DNA of 64,000 nt from an uncultured virus (IMG/VR IMGVR_UViG_3300037440_000410) (IMGVR_UViG_3300037440_000410), one strand, 5' to 3'; shown: positions 8,415 through 18,289, counted from the stretch's first letter. The notes: a model not told the origin generated them from the sequence alone. A program made the numbers and translations.

Positions 8415-10493
8415 GTGAAGCTCGACTGGGACGCCAAACACGGCCCCGTCACCGGCCCCATCAACACCGGGATCGCCGCCCTCGCCGTCGGCTACGCCGG
8501 CCACACCACGGGCATGCCATGGGAATGGGCCGCCCTCACCGCGGCCGCCGGCGCCGCAGGCACGCACATCGCGGGCCGTCGCCGTCAGGTCACGGCGGCC
8601 ACCCTCGGACTGCGGGCAGCCGGATGGCTGGGCGCGGGCGGCTGGTGCTCGTGGGCCATCGCCAACGGGCCGTGGACACAAGCCGGTATCGGCTCCCTGC
8701 TGGTCGGGGCGCTCGGCCTGGGCGCGGCAATGGCAGGGGCACACCACGTCGAGCAGAAGGCGGAGGAGCAGCGCGCCGTACAGGAGGCCGCCGCCCGCCG
8801 GGCGTCGCTCGACGGGAAACGCCAGAAGATCGCCGACGAGTGGGAAGACCGCATCGTCCGCGTCTGCCACGGCACCGCCGTGCAGATCATCGGCGTCGAG
8901 GAGTGGGAATCCGGAGGCGGGCGCACCCTCGACGGGGAGTGCGGGCCGGGCGGCGCCACGTGGAAGACCATCAAGGCATTCGAGGACGCCCTCGCCTCCG
9001 ACGCCAAACTTCCCGAAGGCTGCGGCGTCGAGGTCAAGCCCGGGACGAACCGGGGCGCGTTCCTCCTCGACATCGCGACCGTCAACCGGCTCGTCGGCGA
9101 GGACATGTACCCCGACGACTACAGCCCCCTCACCCTCAACGGGCCGCTCCCACTCGGCGTGTTCCGCGACGGCACCAAAGCGGAACCGAACATCCGTCAG
9201 CTCACCGCCACGTTCGCCGGCCGGAAAGGCTCCGGCAAAACCAACCTGTCGAACGTGGCGCTTGCCGGGTGCTGCCGCATGACCGACAACCTCACCTGGG
9301 TCATCGACCTCAACGGCGGCGGTCTCGCGCTGCCCTGGCTGCACGCCTGGCACAAGGCAGGCAAGCCAGGGCGCCCGCCGGTCGACTGGGTCGCCGACAC
9401 TCCCGCCAAGGCGCTCGCCATGGCGCAGGCGGCACTCAGGATCGCGAAGGCCCGCAAGCCCGGCTACAAGCATCTGGAGATCGAAGCCAACGACGACAAA
9501 CTCCCCGTCAGTCCGCAGGTGCCCGGGATCCTGATCGGCGGAGACGAGATCGCGGAGATCTTTTCCCCGCGCGCCCGCCGCGATCCGGTACTACGGGAGA
9601 CGGGCGACACCCTCATCCAAGTGGTTGAGCTCGCCCGCGCAGTCGCGGTGAACGTCCTGGCGACCGCACTGCGCGTCACGCAGGACGTGCTGTCCGAGCC
9701 GCAGCTGATCGTCCAGTCGGGGCTGAAAGTCGCGATGAAGTCCGACGAGCGGGAGATGGCCTACTTCTTCGGCTGGGACGACCGCGCCAACCCGGCCGAC
9801 GCCCCCTACCCGGGATGCGGGTTCATCAAGGTGTTGGACGAGCCGGCGCGCCCGTTCAAGGCGTACCGGATCAAGCCGGACCAGATCGCGGCGATCGTCG
9901 CCGCCACATCCCAGCTGCGGCCCGAGCTTGACGACCTGTCCCGGCAGGCTGCGGGGGAAGCGTATGAGCAGCGGTGGATGGGCACCGATCACCTCCTCGG
10001 TGTCGGCACGGCACACCTGGCGCCAGCGGCCGAGGCAACGAGCGAGCCGGCCGCCCCGCCGCGCGGCCGTGGCGTGACCGCCGACTGGGGTACCAGCCCG
10101 GCCGGGGGTGACGCGCAGGCGTCGATCGATCAGGCGGAGGCCGCCAGGCGGAAGCTGCACGAGGCGATGAACGAGAGCCGGCACGACGGCGACCTCGACG
10201 CCCAGTTCATGGACATCCTCGCCGGTGGCGGCGTCACCTGGAAACCGCCCGCCGTCGAGCCGCCCGCCGAGCCGGGTGACGACAAGGACCCGCGCAGGGA
10301 GCTGGTGTACGACATCGTCGTTGCGGCCGGCCCTGCCGGGATCGGCCCGGAGGGGATCCGCAAAGAGTTCGCCCGCCTGCACCCCGGGCTCGAAGTGCCG
10401 CATGCCGCCACGATCGGCCGCTGGCTCGGCCCCGACCCGCGCGTCCACAAGCCCCGCTTCGGCCGCTACGCCGTCCGCCCCGACCAGAGCTGA
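8415..10493 (+). CDS. traB: FtsK/SpoIIIE-family conjugative DNA translocase TraB
   Basis: N-terminal TM segments; Walker A GRKGSGKT; WVIDLNGG; Walker B ILIGGDE; C-terminal wHTH-like region. Confidence 0.88.
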   Translation: MKLDWDAKHGPVTGPINTGIAALAVGYAGHTTGMPWEWAALTAAAGAAGTHIAGRRRQVTAATLGLRAAGWLGAGGWCSWAIANGPWTQAGIGSLLVGALGLGAAMAGAHHVEQKAEEQRAVQEAAARRASLDGKRQKIADEWEDRIVRVCHGTAVQIIGVEEWESGGGRTLDGECGPGGATWKTIKAFEDALASDAKLPEGCGVEVKPGTNRGAFLLDIATVNRLVGEDMYPDDYSPLTLNGPLPLGVFRDGTKAEPNIRQLTATFAGRKGSGKTNLSNVALAGCCRMTDNLTWVIDLNGGGLALPWLHAWHKAGKPGRPPVDWVADTPAKALAMAQAALRIAKARKPGYKHLEIEANDDKLPVSPQVPGILIGGDEIAEIFSPRARRDPVLRETGDTLIQVVELARAVAVNVLATALRVTQDVLSEPQLIVQSGLKVAMKSDEREMAYFFGWDDRANPADAPYPGCGFIKVLDEPARPFKAYRIKPDQIAAIVAATSQLRPELDDLSRQAAGEAYEQRWMGTDHLLGVGTAHLAPAAEATSEPAAPPRGRGVTADWGTSPAGGDAQASIDQAEAARRKLHEAMNESRHDGDLDAQFMDILAGGGVTWKPPAVEPPAEPGDDKDPRRELVYDIVVAAGPAGIGPEGIRKEFARLHPGLEVPHAATIGRWLGPDPRVHKPRFGRYAVRPDQS

Positions 10494-10501
10494 GGAACGC
10501 C

Positions 10502-10942
10502 ATGCTGCCCGAGCACTACCAGAGCTACCTCCAGCCCGGTCCGTACCGGGCCCCGGCGGCTGTCGAGATGTACGACGAGGCCGACCCGATCGTTCACGTT
10601 CCCGACCCCTACGATCCGAACCGGTCCGTTGCCGTGCGGCGTTCCTCCCTCCAGCCCGCAGTTCCCGCCGCGCCCCGTGATCTCACCCCGCAGCCTGTCC
10701 TCGACCCGCTCGCGCAGCGCATCCTCGCCGGCGGCATCGGAGTGGGCGCGGCCGGCGCCGGTGTCGGCTTCGGGCTCGGGCAACTCGCGGCCGGGATCGC
10801 GCTGATGGGAACGTCCGGGCTGGCGCTCCTCGTCGGCCTACTCCTCGCCGCACGCGTGCTCGGGCCGCGGCAAGTGACCCATGTCCGGCAGACGGTCCAC
10901 AACCGCGCCAGCTGGTTCGGAACGACTACAACCAAAATGTGA
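10502..10942 (+). CDS. Membrane protein, Spd-like
   Basis: GAGGA RBS; Pro-rich N-terminus then Gly-rich TM hairpin; follows traB. Confidence 0.6.
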   Translation: MLPEHYQSYLQPGPYRAPAAVEMYDEADPIVHVPDPYDPNRSVAVRRSSLQPAVPAAPRDLTPQPVLDPLAQRILAGGIGVGAAGAGVGFGLGQLAAGIALMGTSGLALLVGLLLAARVLGPRQVTHVRQTVHNRASWFGTTTTKM

Positions 10943-11072
10943 GAGGACACTCGAACCAGATGGCCGCGAGCACCGTTTGACAGTCCTGCCAGACTGGGGC
11001 GCCGGGACCGCCCGGCACAACGAAGGCCACCAGACTCCCCCCGTCTGGTGGCCTTCGCCCATTCCCGCCCGG

Positions 11073-11279
11073 CTACGCTCCGGGCCCCGCGCCGGAACCC
11101 GGGCGCTTGCTGCTCTGGGGCAGGAAAGCGGCCGCGACGCCGACGATCGTGCCTGGGATGACCGTGATGGCGATGAGCCACCACAGGGAGGGTTTTGGTC
11201 CTGCGAGTAGTGCGATGGCGAGGCAGGTGATGGTGGGGGTGATGGCGAGTAGGGCTATGAGGGTGCTGCGTTTACTCAC
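11073..11279 (-). CDS. Small two-TM membrane protein
   Basis: GAGGAG RBS; GTGA coupling; two hydrophobic segments. Confidence 0.6.
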   Translation of the reverse strand: MSKRSTLIALLAITPTITCLAIALLAGPKPSLWWLIAITVIPGTIVGVAAAFLPQSSKRPGSGAGPGA

Positions 11280-11734
11280 GTGGTCTCCTCGTCCAGGGTG
11301 ATCGACACCTCCGGCCACGCCTTCCCGTCCGACGGCATCAGCGTCGCGGCCTTGACCCGCCAGCCGCGCATGATGACTGTCACGTCGCCGGGCCCCGCAT
11401 CGAGGGGGATCTCCTCGCCATCGGAGACTGGCCGTCCCTGGTAGCGGTACTCCGTGTTCCCGATACCATCCGCGTCGAGCATGCCGACGAGGCGCCCGGC
11501 TCGGATCTCGGCTGCGATCTCCTCGGCGTCTGGGTGTTCTTCGTCCAGGATCCCGGCGTAGCGGAGTAGATCGCCGTCGAGCCATACGCGGTCGATGCGG
11601 CCGATGCCGGGTTCGCCGGGGCGGACCAGCGGAAGTGGCATGGGGCGAGTGAGTTCGGGACGTGGGTCGTCAAGTCGCCGGCCGTCTGCGGTGACGGTGT
11701 GGAGGACGGCGAGTACGCCGGTGAAGGCGGTCAT
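11276..11734 (-). CDS. Stand-alone paralog of the prohead-protease-like domain
   Basis: Colinear similarity to the 28100-28600 segment of the 976-aa head protein; AAGGAG RBS. Confidence 0.7.
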   Translation of the reverse strand: MTAFTGVLAVLHTVTADGRRLDDPRPELTRPMPLPLVRPGEPGIGRIDRVWLDGDLLRYAGILDEEHPDAEEIAAEIRAGRLVGMLDADGIGNTEYRYQGRPVSDGEEIPLDAGPGDVTVIMRGWRVKAATLMPSDGKAWPEVSITLDEETT

Positions 11735-12120
11735 GGGGTGGGCTCCTTGCTGGCCTTCGGGCGCTCCGGCGGTTCGGTCCCGCGCCAGTACTCGGCAGCT
11801 TCCTTCTGCATCTTGTCGATCCACGCAGCCGTCTGCTCCGGGTCGTCCTTGACCTCGAACGTGGTGAGCAGCAGCTCACGCTCACGGCGCAGCTTCTCCC
11901 GCTCCCAGTCGCTCAGACACACGCCCATGACACCGTCCAGCACCCGCCCTGCCGAGTCGTAGGGGATGTTCTCACGCTGCATCTCCGACTCCATGACGCC
12001 GAGCAGGGATCGCAGCGTCTCCACCTGCGTGTGGAAGAACTGGTCGTGTTGGTGGGCGTGGCGTGCGCCGGGGCGCTGGTTGAGGTGGTGCTCGATGATC
12101 TGATCTGTGCGGTCGCTCAT
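11731..12120 (-). CDS. Hypothetical protein
   Basis: ATGA coupling on both sides; GAGGAG RBS. Confidence 0.65.
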   Translation of the reverse strand: MSDRTDQIIEHHLNQRPGARHAHQHDQFFHTQVETLRSLLGVMESEMQRENIPYDSAGRVLDGVMGVCLSDWEREKLRRERELLLTTFEVKDDPEQTAAWIDKMQKEAAEYWRGTEPPERPKASKEPTP

Positions 12121-12410
12121 GCGGTCTGCTCCTCGCTGGGCACCGGGCGCTCCGGCTTGCGCAGTCGGTCGGCGCGGTCCTTGTAACGCGCGTCCGGCTC
12201 GATGCCAGCCTCCCGCGCCATCTTCCGCACATGCGCCGCAGTCCAGCCTGACGCCTTGGTGACATCGGTCGGCCGGTGCTCGCCATCCCTCAGCGCGGTG
12301 AGGACGAGTTCCTTCAGCGCGTCACCAGACTGCTTGAGGCGGTCGGCGTCTCGATGGCGGCGTGCGCCGGCCGCTGCGATCTCGTCGAGCGTGGGTCCCT
12401 GGGTCGTCAT
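12117..12410 (-). CDS. Small HTH regulator
   Basis: RPTDVTKASGWTAAHVRKMAR helix-turn-helix. Confidence 0.7.
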   Translation of the reverse strand: MTTQGPTLDEIAAAGARRHRDADRLKQSGDALKELVLTALRDGEHRPTDVTKASGWTAAHVRKMAREAGIEPDARYKDRADRLRKPERPVPSEEQTA

Positions 12411-12424
12411 GAGAACAAGGTACC

Positions 12425-12497
12425 GCAACAGGGTTGCGATGCAATCCCCTCAGCGCTATGGTTTGAGTCAACGGCAGCGATACCGTCCATCGCTACC
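12425..12497. promoter_or_regulatory. Divergent control region with palindromes
   Basis: CGCAAC-AGG-GTTGCG and CGGCAGCGAT...ATCGCTACCG inverted repeats between divergent genes. Confidence 0.45.
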
Positions 12498-12519
12498 GAT
12501 GATCCACAGGGGGACCACC

Positions 12520-13371
12520 GTGAACGCCGCCACCCGCACCCGCCGCAACACCCAGGGTCAGCAGTTCGCCCACGACATGCGCCACTTCCTCTCCATCGGC
12601 ACCCGCACCCGCCGCGACCGCAAGGGCCTCGACCTCCACCGCGAAATCGCCGACTGGGTCCGCGTCGCCGCCATGGAACACGGCACCCTCGACCCCTCAC
12701 AGGAGGAGTCCTTCCGCCCCGCCTACGACGTCGCATGCTCCTGGTTCAAGTGGATCAAGCTGGGGCGCGCCGACTACACCGTCTGCGAGTACATCAACAA
12801 CCTCACCCCCTACCAGTTCTGCGCCTTCCTCGGCCGGATGATCGACGCCGGAATCACCAGCACCAGCCAAGCGGGCCAGTACTTCAGCGAAATGCGCACC
12901 ACGCTCATCGGCGAGGCGCAGGGGGATGAGGCAGCGGGGCAGACTGAGGCGGTCGACACCAAGGCCGCCACCCCTACCGGTTCGATGCGTCGGGCACTCG
13001 CACGCACCCGCCGCAACACCCTCCGCACCGCCGCCCGCACCAGCCGCGCCCTCGGCTACCGCACCCTCTCCGGCCTCATCGCCGCAGCCGTCGAAGCCGG
13101 CCGCCTCATTCGCACCGGGGACTTCCTCCAGCGCATCGGCGGTGGTGACCTCCCCGACGGACAGCAGTCCTGGTTCGGAAGGCACACGGCCAAGGCGTAC
13201 CGCGCGGCCACCGGCAGCGAGCCTCTCAAGGTGTGGGCGCGGCACCGCACCACCGGCCGTTTCATTCACGTCATGGTGTACGGCCCCATCGACGCCGCCC
13301 TGTACGCCGGCCTCCGCTCCTACAAGGCGACGCAGCACTTGCTCGCCGACATGTACGCGAGGTGCGCCTGA
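12520..13371 (+). CDS. Two-domain hypothetical protein
   Basis: GGGGGA RBS; both halves begin with an RTRRNT motif. Confidence 0.7.
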   Translation: MNAATRTRRNTQGQQFAHDMRHFLSIGTRTRRDRKGLDLHREIADWVRVAAMEHGTLDPSQEESFRPAYDVACSWFKWIKLGRADYTVCEYINNLTPYQFCAFLGRMIDAGITSTSQAGQYFSEMRTTLIGEAQGDEAAGQTEAVDTKAATPTGSMRRALARTRRNTLRTAARTSRALGYRTLSGLIAAAVEAGRLIRTGDFLQRIGGGDLPDGQQSWFGRHTAKAYRAATGSEPLKVWARHRTTGRFIHVMVYGPIDAALYAGLRSYKATQHLLADMYARCA

Positions 13372-13435
13372 GACCAACTCCACGACGCAGCAGACGAACC
13401 AGACCAGCACCACCCGCACCGAGCGAGGGGCCCAC

Positions 13436-13831
13436 ATGCTCTCCACCACCGAACGTGCCGCCACCGCCGCCGACATCATCAAGCGGCTCACTGGCAGCAC
13501 CTACCAGTCCACCGCCATCGACGCCCTCGGCTGGGGCATGGGCCCGGCCCAGCTCGGCATCGACCAGGCCGTCAAGGACGCCGAGTCCTTCGGGTACGTC
13601 ATCGTCACCGAACTGCGCGGCAAGAAAATGGTCGAGCTCGCCCCGCTGTTCACCCTGGTCTACGAGACCAAGGACGGCATCAAGCGGCGCGAGCCCAGCC
13701 CGGCCCGCGCCGTGGAGACCGTCGGCCGCGTGGTGATGCGGATGGCAGATCGGGAGGCCGCTTGGAATATCCAGGTCTTCGACAAGGGTGGCGATGACGT
13801 CACCTTCGACTTCGCCTGCTTCCGCGACTGA
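13436..13831 (+). CDS. Hypothetical protein
   Basis: GAGGGG RBS; codon usage. Confidence 0.7.
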   Translation: MLSTTERAATAADIIKRLTGSTYQSTAIDALGWGMGPAQLGIDQAVKDAESFGYVIVTELRGKKMVELAPLFTLVYETKDGIKRREPSPARAVETVGRVVMRMADREAAWNIQVFDKGGDDVTFDFACFRD

Positions 13832-13955
13832 CCCGCCCGGCCCGGCCCTACAGGGTCGGGCCTCGCCACCGTCACCGTCCTGTACCCCGTCGACTGCCCC
13901 GCCCTCACCCGCATCCAGCTCCTCGCTGACGCCCTCGCCGCGTAAGGAACCCGCC

Positions 13956-14147
13956 ATGCAGATCGGCCCCCGCACCGTCATCTTCCACTCGCCCGACTCA
14001 CACACCCTGTGGGACCGCAGCATCAACGGCATCACCTACCGCTTCATGGTGGTCTACGACGGCGAAGGGCAGCTCCAGGCTGCCGCCTGGCGCGTTGAGC
14101 GGTGGAACTCACTGACCGTGGCCCACCAGTGGGCCGCGACCGCCTGA
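13956..14147 (+). CDS. Hypothetical protein
   Basis: AAGGA RBS. Confidence 0.6.
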   Translation: MQIGPRTVIFHSPDSHTLWDRSINGITYRFMVVYDGEGQLQAAAWRVERWNSLTVAHQWAATA

Positions 14148-14244
14148 CCCCACCACGCCGAAGGCCCCGACCCCTCACGAGGTCGGCAGAGAAAACAGAC
14201 CCGCCCACCCGAACACCCACCACACCACCGAAAGGCACAACCCC

Positions 14245-14640
14245 ATGACCAACGACCGCATCTCCATCGGCAACGCCGAAGACTTCACCCACACCCCCAC
14301 CCGCGGCTGGTTCATCGGAAACTTCCTCGACCCCACCACCGCAGGCCCCCGCTCCACCGACAACATCGAAGTCAAATGGAGCATCCACCCCGTGGGCGAC
14401 CACCGACCCGACATCGCACCCGGCGCCGACACCGTCACCCTCACCATCCTCATCTCCGGCGCGTTCGAACAAATCTTCCCCGACCAGCAGCCCGACAGCG
14501 TTCTCATGGAACGCCCCGGAGACTTCGCCCTCTACGGACCCGACGTCCCCCACACATGGCGGGCCCTCGCCGACAGCGTCATGCTCACCGTCCGCTGGAA
14601 GAGCCACACTCCGGCCGGCGCCCGCCCGGAAAGCGGCTGA
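14245..14640 (+). CDS. Cupin-like protein
   Basis: LTILISGAF...LMERPGDFALYGPDVPHTW cupin pattern. Confidence 0.65.
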   Translation: MTNDRISIGNAEDFTHTPTRGWFIGNFLDPTTAGPRSTDNIEVKWSIHPVGDHRPDIAPGADTVTLTILISGAFEQIFPDQQPDSVLMERPGDFALYGPDVPHTWRALADSVMLTVRWKSHTPAGARPESG

Positions 14641-15065
14641 CCGGGCGCCCCTTATCCTGCGCCCAACCCGAGGGAGGGCGTGGTGGCCGTAGGCGTCGAC
14701 CCGTTCCACGAGCAGGGCACCCATCACTGGATCATCGTCCTGGACGGTGTCGGCTGCCGCAGCGGCACCTGCTCCCCGGCGCCCGGTGAGACGCGGTACG
14801 ACTGGTATCTGAAAATTCGGGCTCTGGTCCTGGACGAGGAAGGCATGTCTGACGGGCCGGTCCCGGTGACGCTCGACTTCGATATCCAGCTCAACAGCCT
14901 TGCGGCTGCCTGACATCTCTGAGGGGTCGTCTCCGGATCGCACCGGAGGCGACCCTTCACCCATTCCTCCCCAGGTCCGTAACAGGAACCCACCCGCCTC
15001 TTCACACCACGCCCACATCCGATAACGTCCCCCATCCCACGACACACCACACCATGGGGGGATCC

Positions 15066-15671
15066 ATGAGCCAGCCCTACCCGCCCCAACAGCCCTACGG
15101 CTACAGCGCCCCGCCACCGCCGCCGAAGAAGACCAGCACCGGCAAAATCATCGGCATCGGATGCGGCGGCATCGTCGGCCTCATCATCGTGACCAGCATC
15201 ATCGGAGCACTCGTCAGCAGCGGCGACGACAGCAAGAGCGACACCGCCTCCACAGCCACGAGCAGCGCACCAGCCGACCAGAACACGGACCCCGCGCCAG
15301 ACAAAACCAGCGAGGCCCCCGCCGCCGAGGAGCCCAAGGAAGACGCACCCGTCGCGATCACCGCGAAGAAGACGACGTTCGCGAAGAGCATCCTCGCCGA
15401 CAGCAGCAACTACACCAGCGTCCTCGTCACCATCACCAACAACAGCGACAAGCCGATCAGCGTGAACCCACTCTGGTTCACCATCACGGACACCGCCGGC
15501 ACAAAGCACACAGCAGCAATCGGCGTCGACGAGAAGCAGATCGACACCGTGGACCTGGCCACCGGCGAAAACATCTCCGGCACCGTCACCGGGAAGGGCG
15601 CCTTCACTGCCAAGTACGTGACCTACGTCGACGGGTTCATCGGCGAACCGGTCCGCGCCGACCTGTCCTGA
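15066..15671 (+). CDS. Membrane-anchored extracytoplasmic protein (DUF4352-like Ig fold)
   Basis: Pro-rich N-terminus, single TM, Ser/Thr/Ala linker, VTITNNSDKPISVNPLWF beta domain. Confidence 0.7.
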   Translation: MSQPYPPQQPYGYSAPPPPPKKTSTGKIIGIGCGGIVGLIIVTSIIGALVSSGDDSKSDTASTATSSAPADQNTDPAPDKTSEAPAAEEPKEDAPVAITAKKTTFAKSILADSSNYTSVLVTITNNSDKPISVNPLWFTITDTAGTKHTAAIGVDEKQIDTVDLATGENISGTVTGKGAFTAKYVTYVDGFIGEPVRADLS

Positions 15672-15770
15672 CACGTTCCCCGCTCTGGCCCGGCTCGCGT
15701 CCCTACGCGGCCGGGCCGCCCCATGCCCTCTCCGGAAGATCACCACCGGGTTCCGGTCCACAATCACCCC

Positions 15771-16331
15771 ATGAGCGCCTACCCGGCCCGCTGCCCCGCC
15801 CGCAACCTCAACGGCCGCATGTGCGACAAACCCGCTGGCCAATGCACCCAGCACCTCGGTTACGGGACATGCGTCTGGCACCGGGGCGGACACCGGAACG
15901 TCGAGGAGGCATGGGCCATGGCGCAGGAGATTGCAGCCGAACGTGAGATCACCCCGCACGAGGCGCTACTCGGCCTCGTCCGAACAGCCGCCGCACGAGC
16001 GGCGTGGACCGACAACATCATTTTCCAGCAGCTCCGCGACCACACCGACAACGGCGGCGACCCGCTGAAACCACCGGACGAACTCGTGCCGTGGCTACGG
16101 CAGTCCCGTGAGGAACGCAGGCTCGCCGCAACCACCGCCAAGACTGCCGTCGACGCGGGCGTCATGGTCGCGCTGGAGCGGCGCATCGACCTTGACCGTG
16201 ACCTTGTCGTGTCCGCCCTCGCCGCCGCGATGGACGCGGCGCCGGAGCTGCCGCAGGAGACGCGGATTGTCATGCTCGGCGCAGCGCAACAGCATCTGAT
16301 GCTGGCGGGGGGAGAGACGGCCGCAGCCTGA
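15771..16331 (+). CDS. Putative terminase small subunit
   Basis: N-terminal C-x9-C...CVWHRGG zinc motif resembling the HGGxSTG type; helical C-terminus; heads the packaging region. Confidence 0.55.
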   Translation: MSAYPARCPARNLNGRMCDKPAGQCTQHLGYGTCVWHRGGHRNVEEAWAMAQEIAAEREITPHEALLGLVRTAAARAAWTDNIIFQQLRDHTDNGGDPLKPPDELVPWLRQSREERRLAATTAKTAVDAGVMVALERRIDLDRDLVVSALAAAMDAAPELPQETRIVMLGAAQQHLMLAGGETAAA

Positions 16332-16374
16332 CGGCCGGAATGATCACCCGGAATGCGCTGGCACCCTGCCGCGC

Positions 16375-17388
16375 ATGCGCATCCTCCTCACCGGCGCCGC
16401 GGGGTTCGTCGGCTCCCACGTCCTCGCTCACCTCCTCGCCAACACCGACGCCGAGATCGTCGTCCCCTGGACACTCCGCCACCACGGCAACAGCCAGCGC
16501 CTCGCCGCCGCTATCGACCAGGCCCCCGAGCCCGGCGCCTGGAACGACCGCGTCACCACGTTCATGCACGACCTCGCCACTCCGATGCCGGCGACGCTTG
16601 TCGACGAGATCGGACCCGTCGACTACGTCTTGAACATCGCCTCCGAGTCCCACGTCGACCGCAGCATCTCCGACCCGGCGCCGTTCATCCGGAACAACGT
16701 CGAGTTGATGCTGAACGTCCTCGACTACGCCCGCCAGGTCCGCCCGCGGATGGTGCTGCACATGGGCACCGATGAGGAGTACGGGCCCGCGTACGGGGAC
16801 TACAAGCACCGCGAGTGGGACACGGTCCTCCCCTCGAACCCTTACAGCGCGTCGAAGGCGGCGCAGTCTGCGATCGCCACCTCGTACTGGCGGACGTTCG
16901 GGGTGCCGGTCGTACTGACGCGGACGATGAACCTGATCGCGCCGGGCCAGGACGCGGAGAAGTTCGTGCCCACCGTGATCCGGAAGATCCTCGCTGGGGA
17001 GACAGTCCAGATCCACGCCAGCCCCGAAGGCGTGCCCGGCTCCCGGCACTGGATCGACGCCCGCGAGTTCGGCGCCGCCTGGCTGCACCTGCTGAACACG
17101 GTCGAGCCGCAGATGTACCCGGACGCCGACCGTCCGTCGATGTTCCACGTCGTCGGCGAGGAGCGGACGAACCTCCAGATCGCGCAGACGATCGCCGACC
17201 TCCTCGGCCGCCCGCTGCACTACGAGCTGGCCAGCTTCCATTCCAGCCGGCCAGGCCACGACCTCAGGTACGCACTCGACGGATCGAAGCTGGCCGAGGC
17301 GGGCTGGGCGCCGGGCAGGTCGATCGAGGAGACCCTCTCCGACATCGTGAAGTGGTACGCCAACAACCCGGCATGGCTCGCCGCATGA
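16375..17388 (+). CDS. NDP-sugar 4,6-dehydratase (RmlB-like extended SDR)
   Basis: TGAAGFVG, ASESHVDRSI, TDEEYG, YSASK, RPGHDLRYALD. Confidence 0.9.
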   Translation: MRILLTGAAGFVGSHVLAHLLANTDAEIVVPWTLRHHGNSQRLAAAIDQAPEPGAWNDRVTTFMHDLATPMPATLVDEIGPVDYVLNIASESHVDRSISDPAPFIRNNVELMLNVLDYARQVRPRMVLHMGTDEEYGPAYGDYKHREWDTVLPSNPYSASKAAQSAIATSYWRTFGVPVVLTRTMNLIAPGQDAEKFVPTVIRKILAGETVQIHASPEGVPGSRHWIDAREFGAAWLHLLNTVEPQMYPDADRPSMFHVVGEERTNLQIAQTIADLLGRPLHYELASFHSSRPGHDLRYALDGSKLAEAGWAPGRSIEETLSDIVKWYANNPAWLAA

Positions 17389-17609
17389 GCGCGCCCGCTG
17401 ACGATGAGCGCCCATACAGGCAGCTCGCCCGCCTATCGCTCCAGCACTCGGCAGACCGACTGAACGCCATTCCCCAGGGACGGGTGGACACCGCCGAGAT
17501 GCAGTGCCACGCCACCCTGGCCCAGGCAATCGCCAGTCTCGCCATGGCTCAGGCCCTCATCGAGATCGGCGACGCCCTACGCGCGCTGGGGGAGCAGTCA
17601 GATGGGTGA
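17385..17609 (+). CDS. Hypothetical protein
   Basis: Coupled to both neighbours. Confidence 0.55.
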   Translation: MSAPADDERPYRQLARLSLQHSADRLNAIPQGRVDTAEMQCHATLAQAIASLAMAQALIEIGDALRALGEQSDG

Positions 17610-18279
17610 CCTGTACCGCGCCGCGGTCATCCCGACGCGGGACCGTCACGACATGCTCGCCGACTGCATCAACTCCGTCGTGGACCAGGTGGACCGGGTC
17701 ATCGTCATCGACAACCTCTCTGAACCGCCGATCGATCCGGAGCCGTGGCACGGCAAGGTCGGCGTGGTCGCGATCCCGATCGACCCGCCGAACATCAGCA
17801 CCCTGTGGAACGTCGGCATCGCCCTCGCCGACGCATCCGCCCACGCCGAGCAGGCCGCCCGGTGGGACATCGCCGTCCTCAACTCCGACGTCACCGTCCC
17901 GCCCGGCTGGATCGACGCACTCTCTACGGCAATGCGCTCCACCACCGCGGTCCTCGCCTACCCCGACCAGCACGGCGGCCACCGGCAAATCCTCCACACA
18001 AAGGCCGACCCGATCGACCTCCGGCAACGGATCACCGGCTACGCCTACCTGCTCCGCGGCGAAGCGGGTCTACGGCTCGACGAGTCCATGGCCTGGTGGT
18101 ACAGCGACGACTCACTCGACTGGGAGGCGCGGGAGCAGGGAGGAGCGCTCCTCGTCCCGGGCCTGGCGGTCGAGCACCGCTGCCCGAACGGCTCGATGTA
18201 CGAACGGCCAGAACTGAAGACGCAGGCCGGCCTCGACCGCGAAACCTTCCGTAAGAAGTGGGGCCGGACCCCATGGTGA
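17602..18279 (+). CDS. Glycosyltransferase, GT2/GT-A
   Basis: AVIPTRDR, VIVIDN, VLNSD, WWYSDD. Confidence 0.85.
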   Translation: MGDLYRAAVIPTRDRHDMLADCINSVVDQVDRVIVIDNLSEPPIDPEPWHGKVGVVAIPIDPPNISTLWNVGIALADASAHAEQAARWDIAVLNSDVTVPPGWIDALSTAMRSTTAVLAYPDQHGGHRQILHTKADPIDLRQRITGYAYLLRGEAGLRLDESMAWWYSDDSLDWEAREQGGALLVPGLAVEHRCPNGSMYERPELKTQAGLDRETFRKKWGRTPW

Positions 18280-18289
18280 GGAGCACCCG

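Noticed and set aside
4188..10942. Independent AICE inserted in the phage
   Set aside because: No dedicated integrase, Rep protein or flanking direct repeats seen around the module, so it is treated as part of the phage
14680..14913. 77-aa ORF with a GGAGG RBS
   Set aside because: Could be real, but no recognisable motif and weaker codon bias; not enough support to annotate
16335..16370. GGAAT motif read as a SigR/ECF-type promoter
   Set aside because: The GTT -10 element expected at ECF spacing is absent; the conserved downstream element is nACnnT
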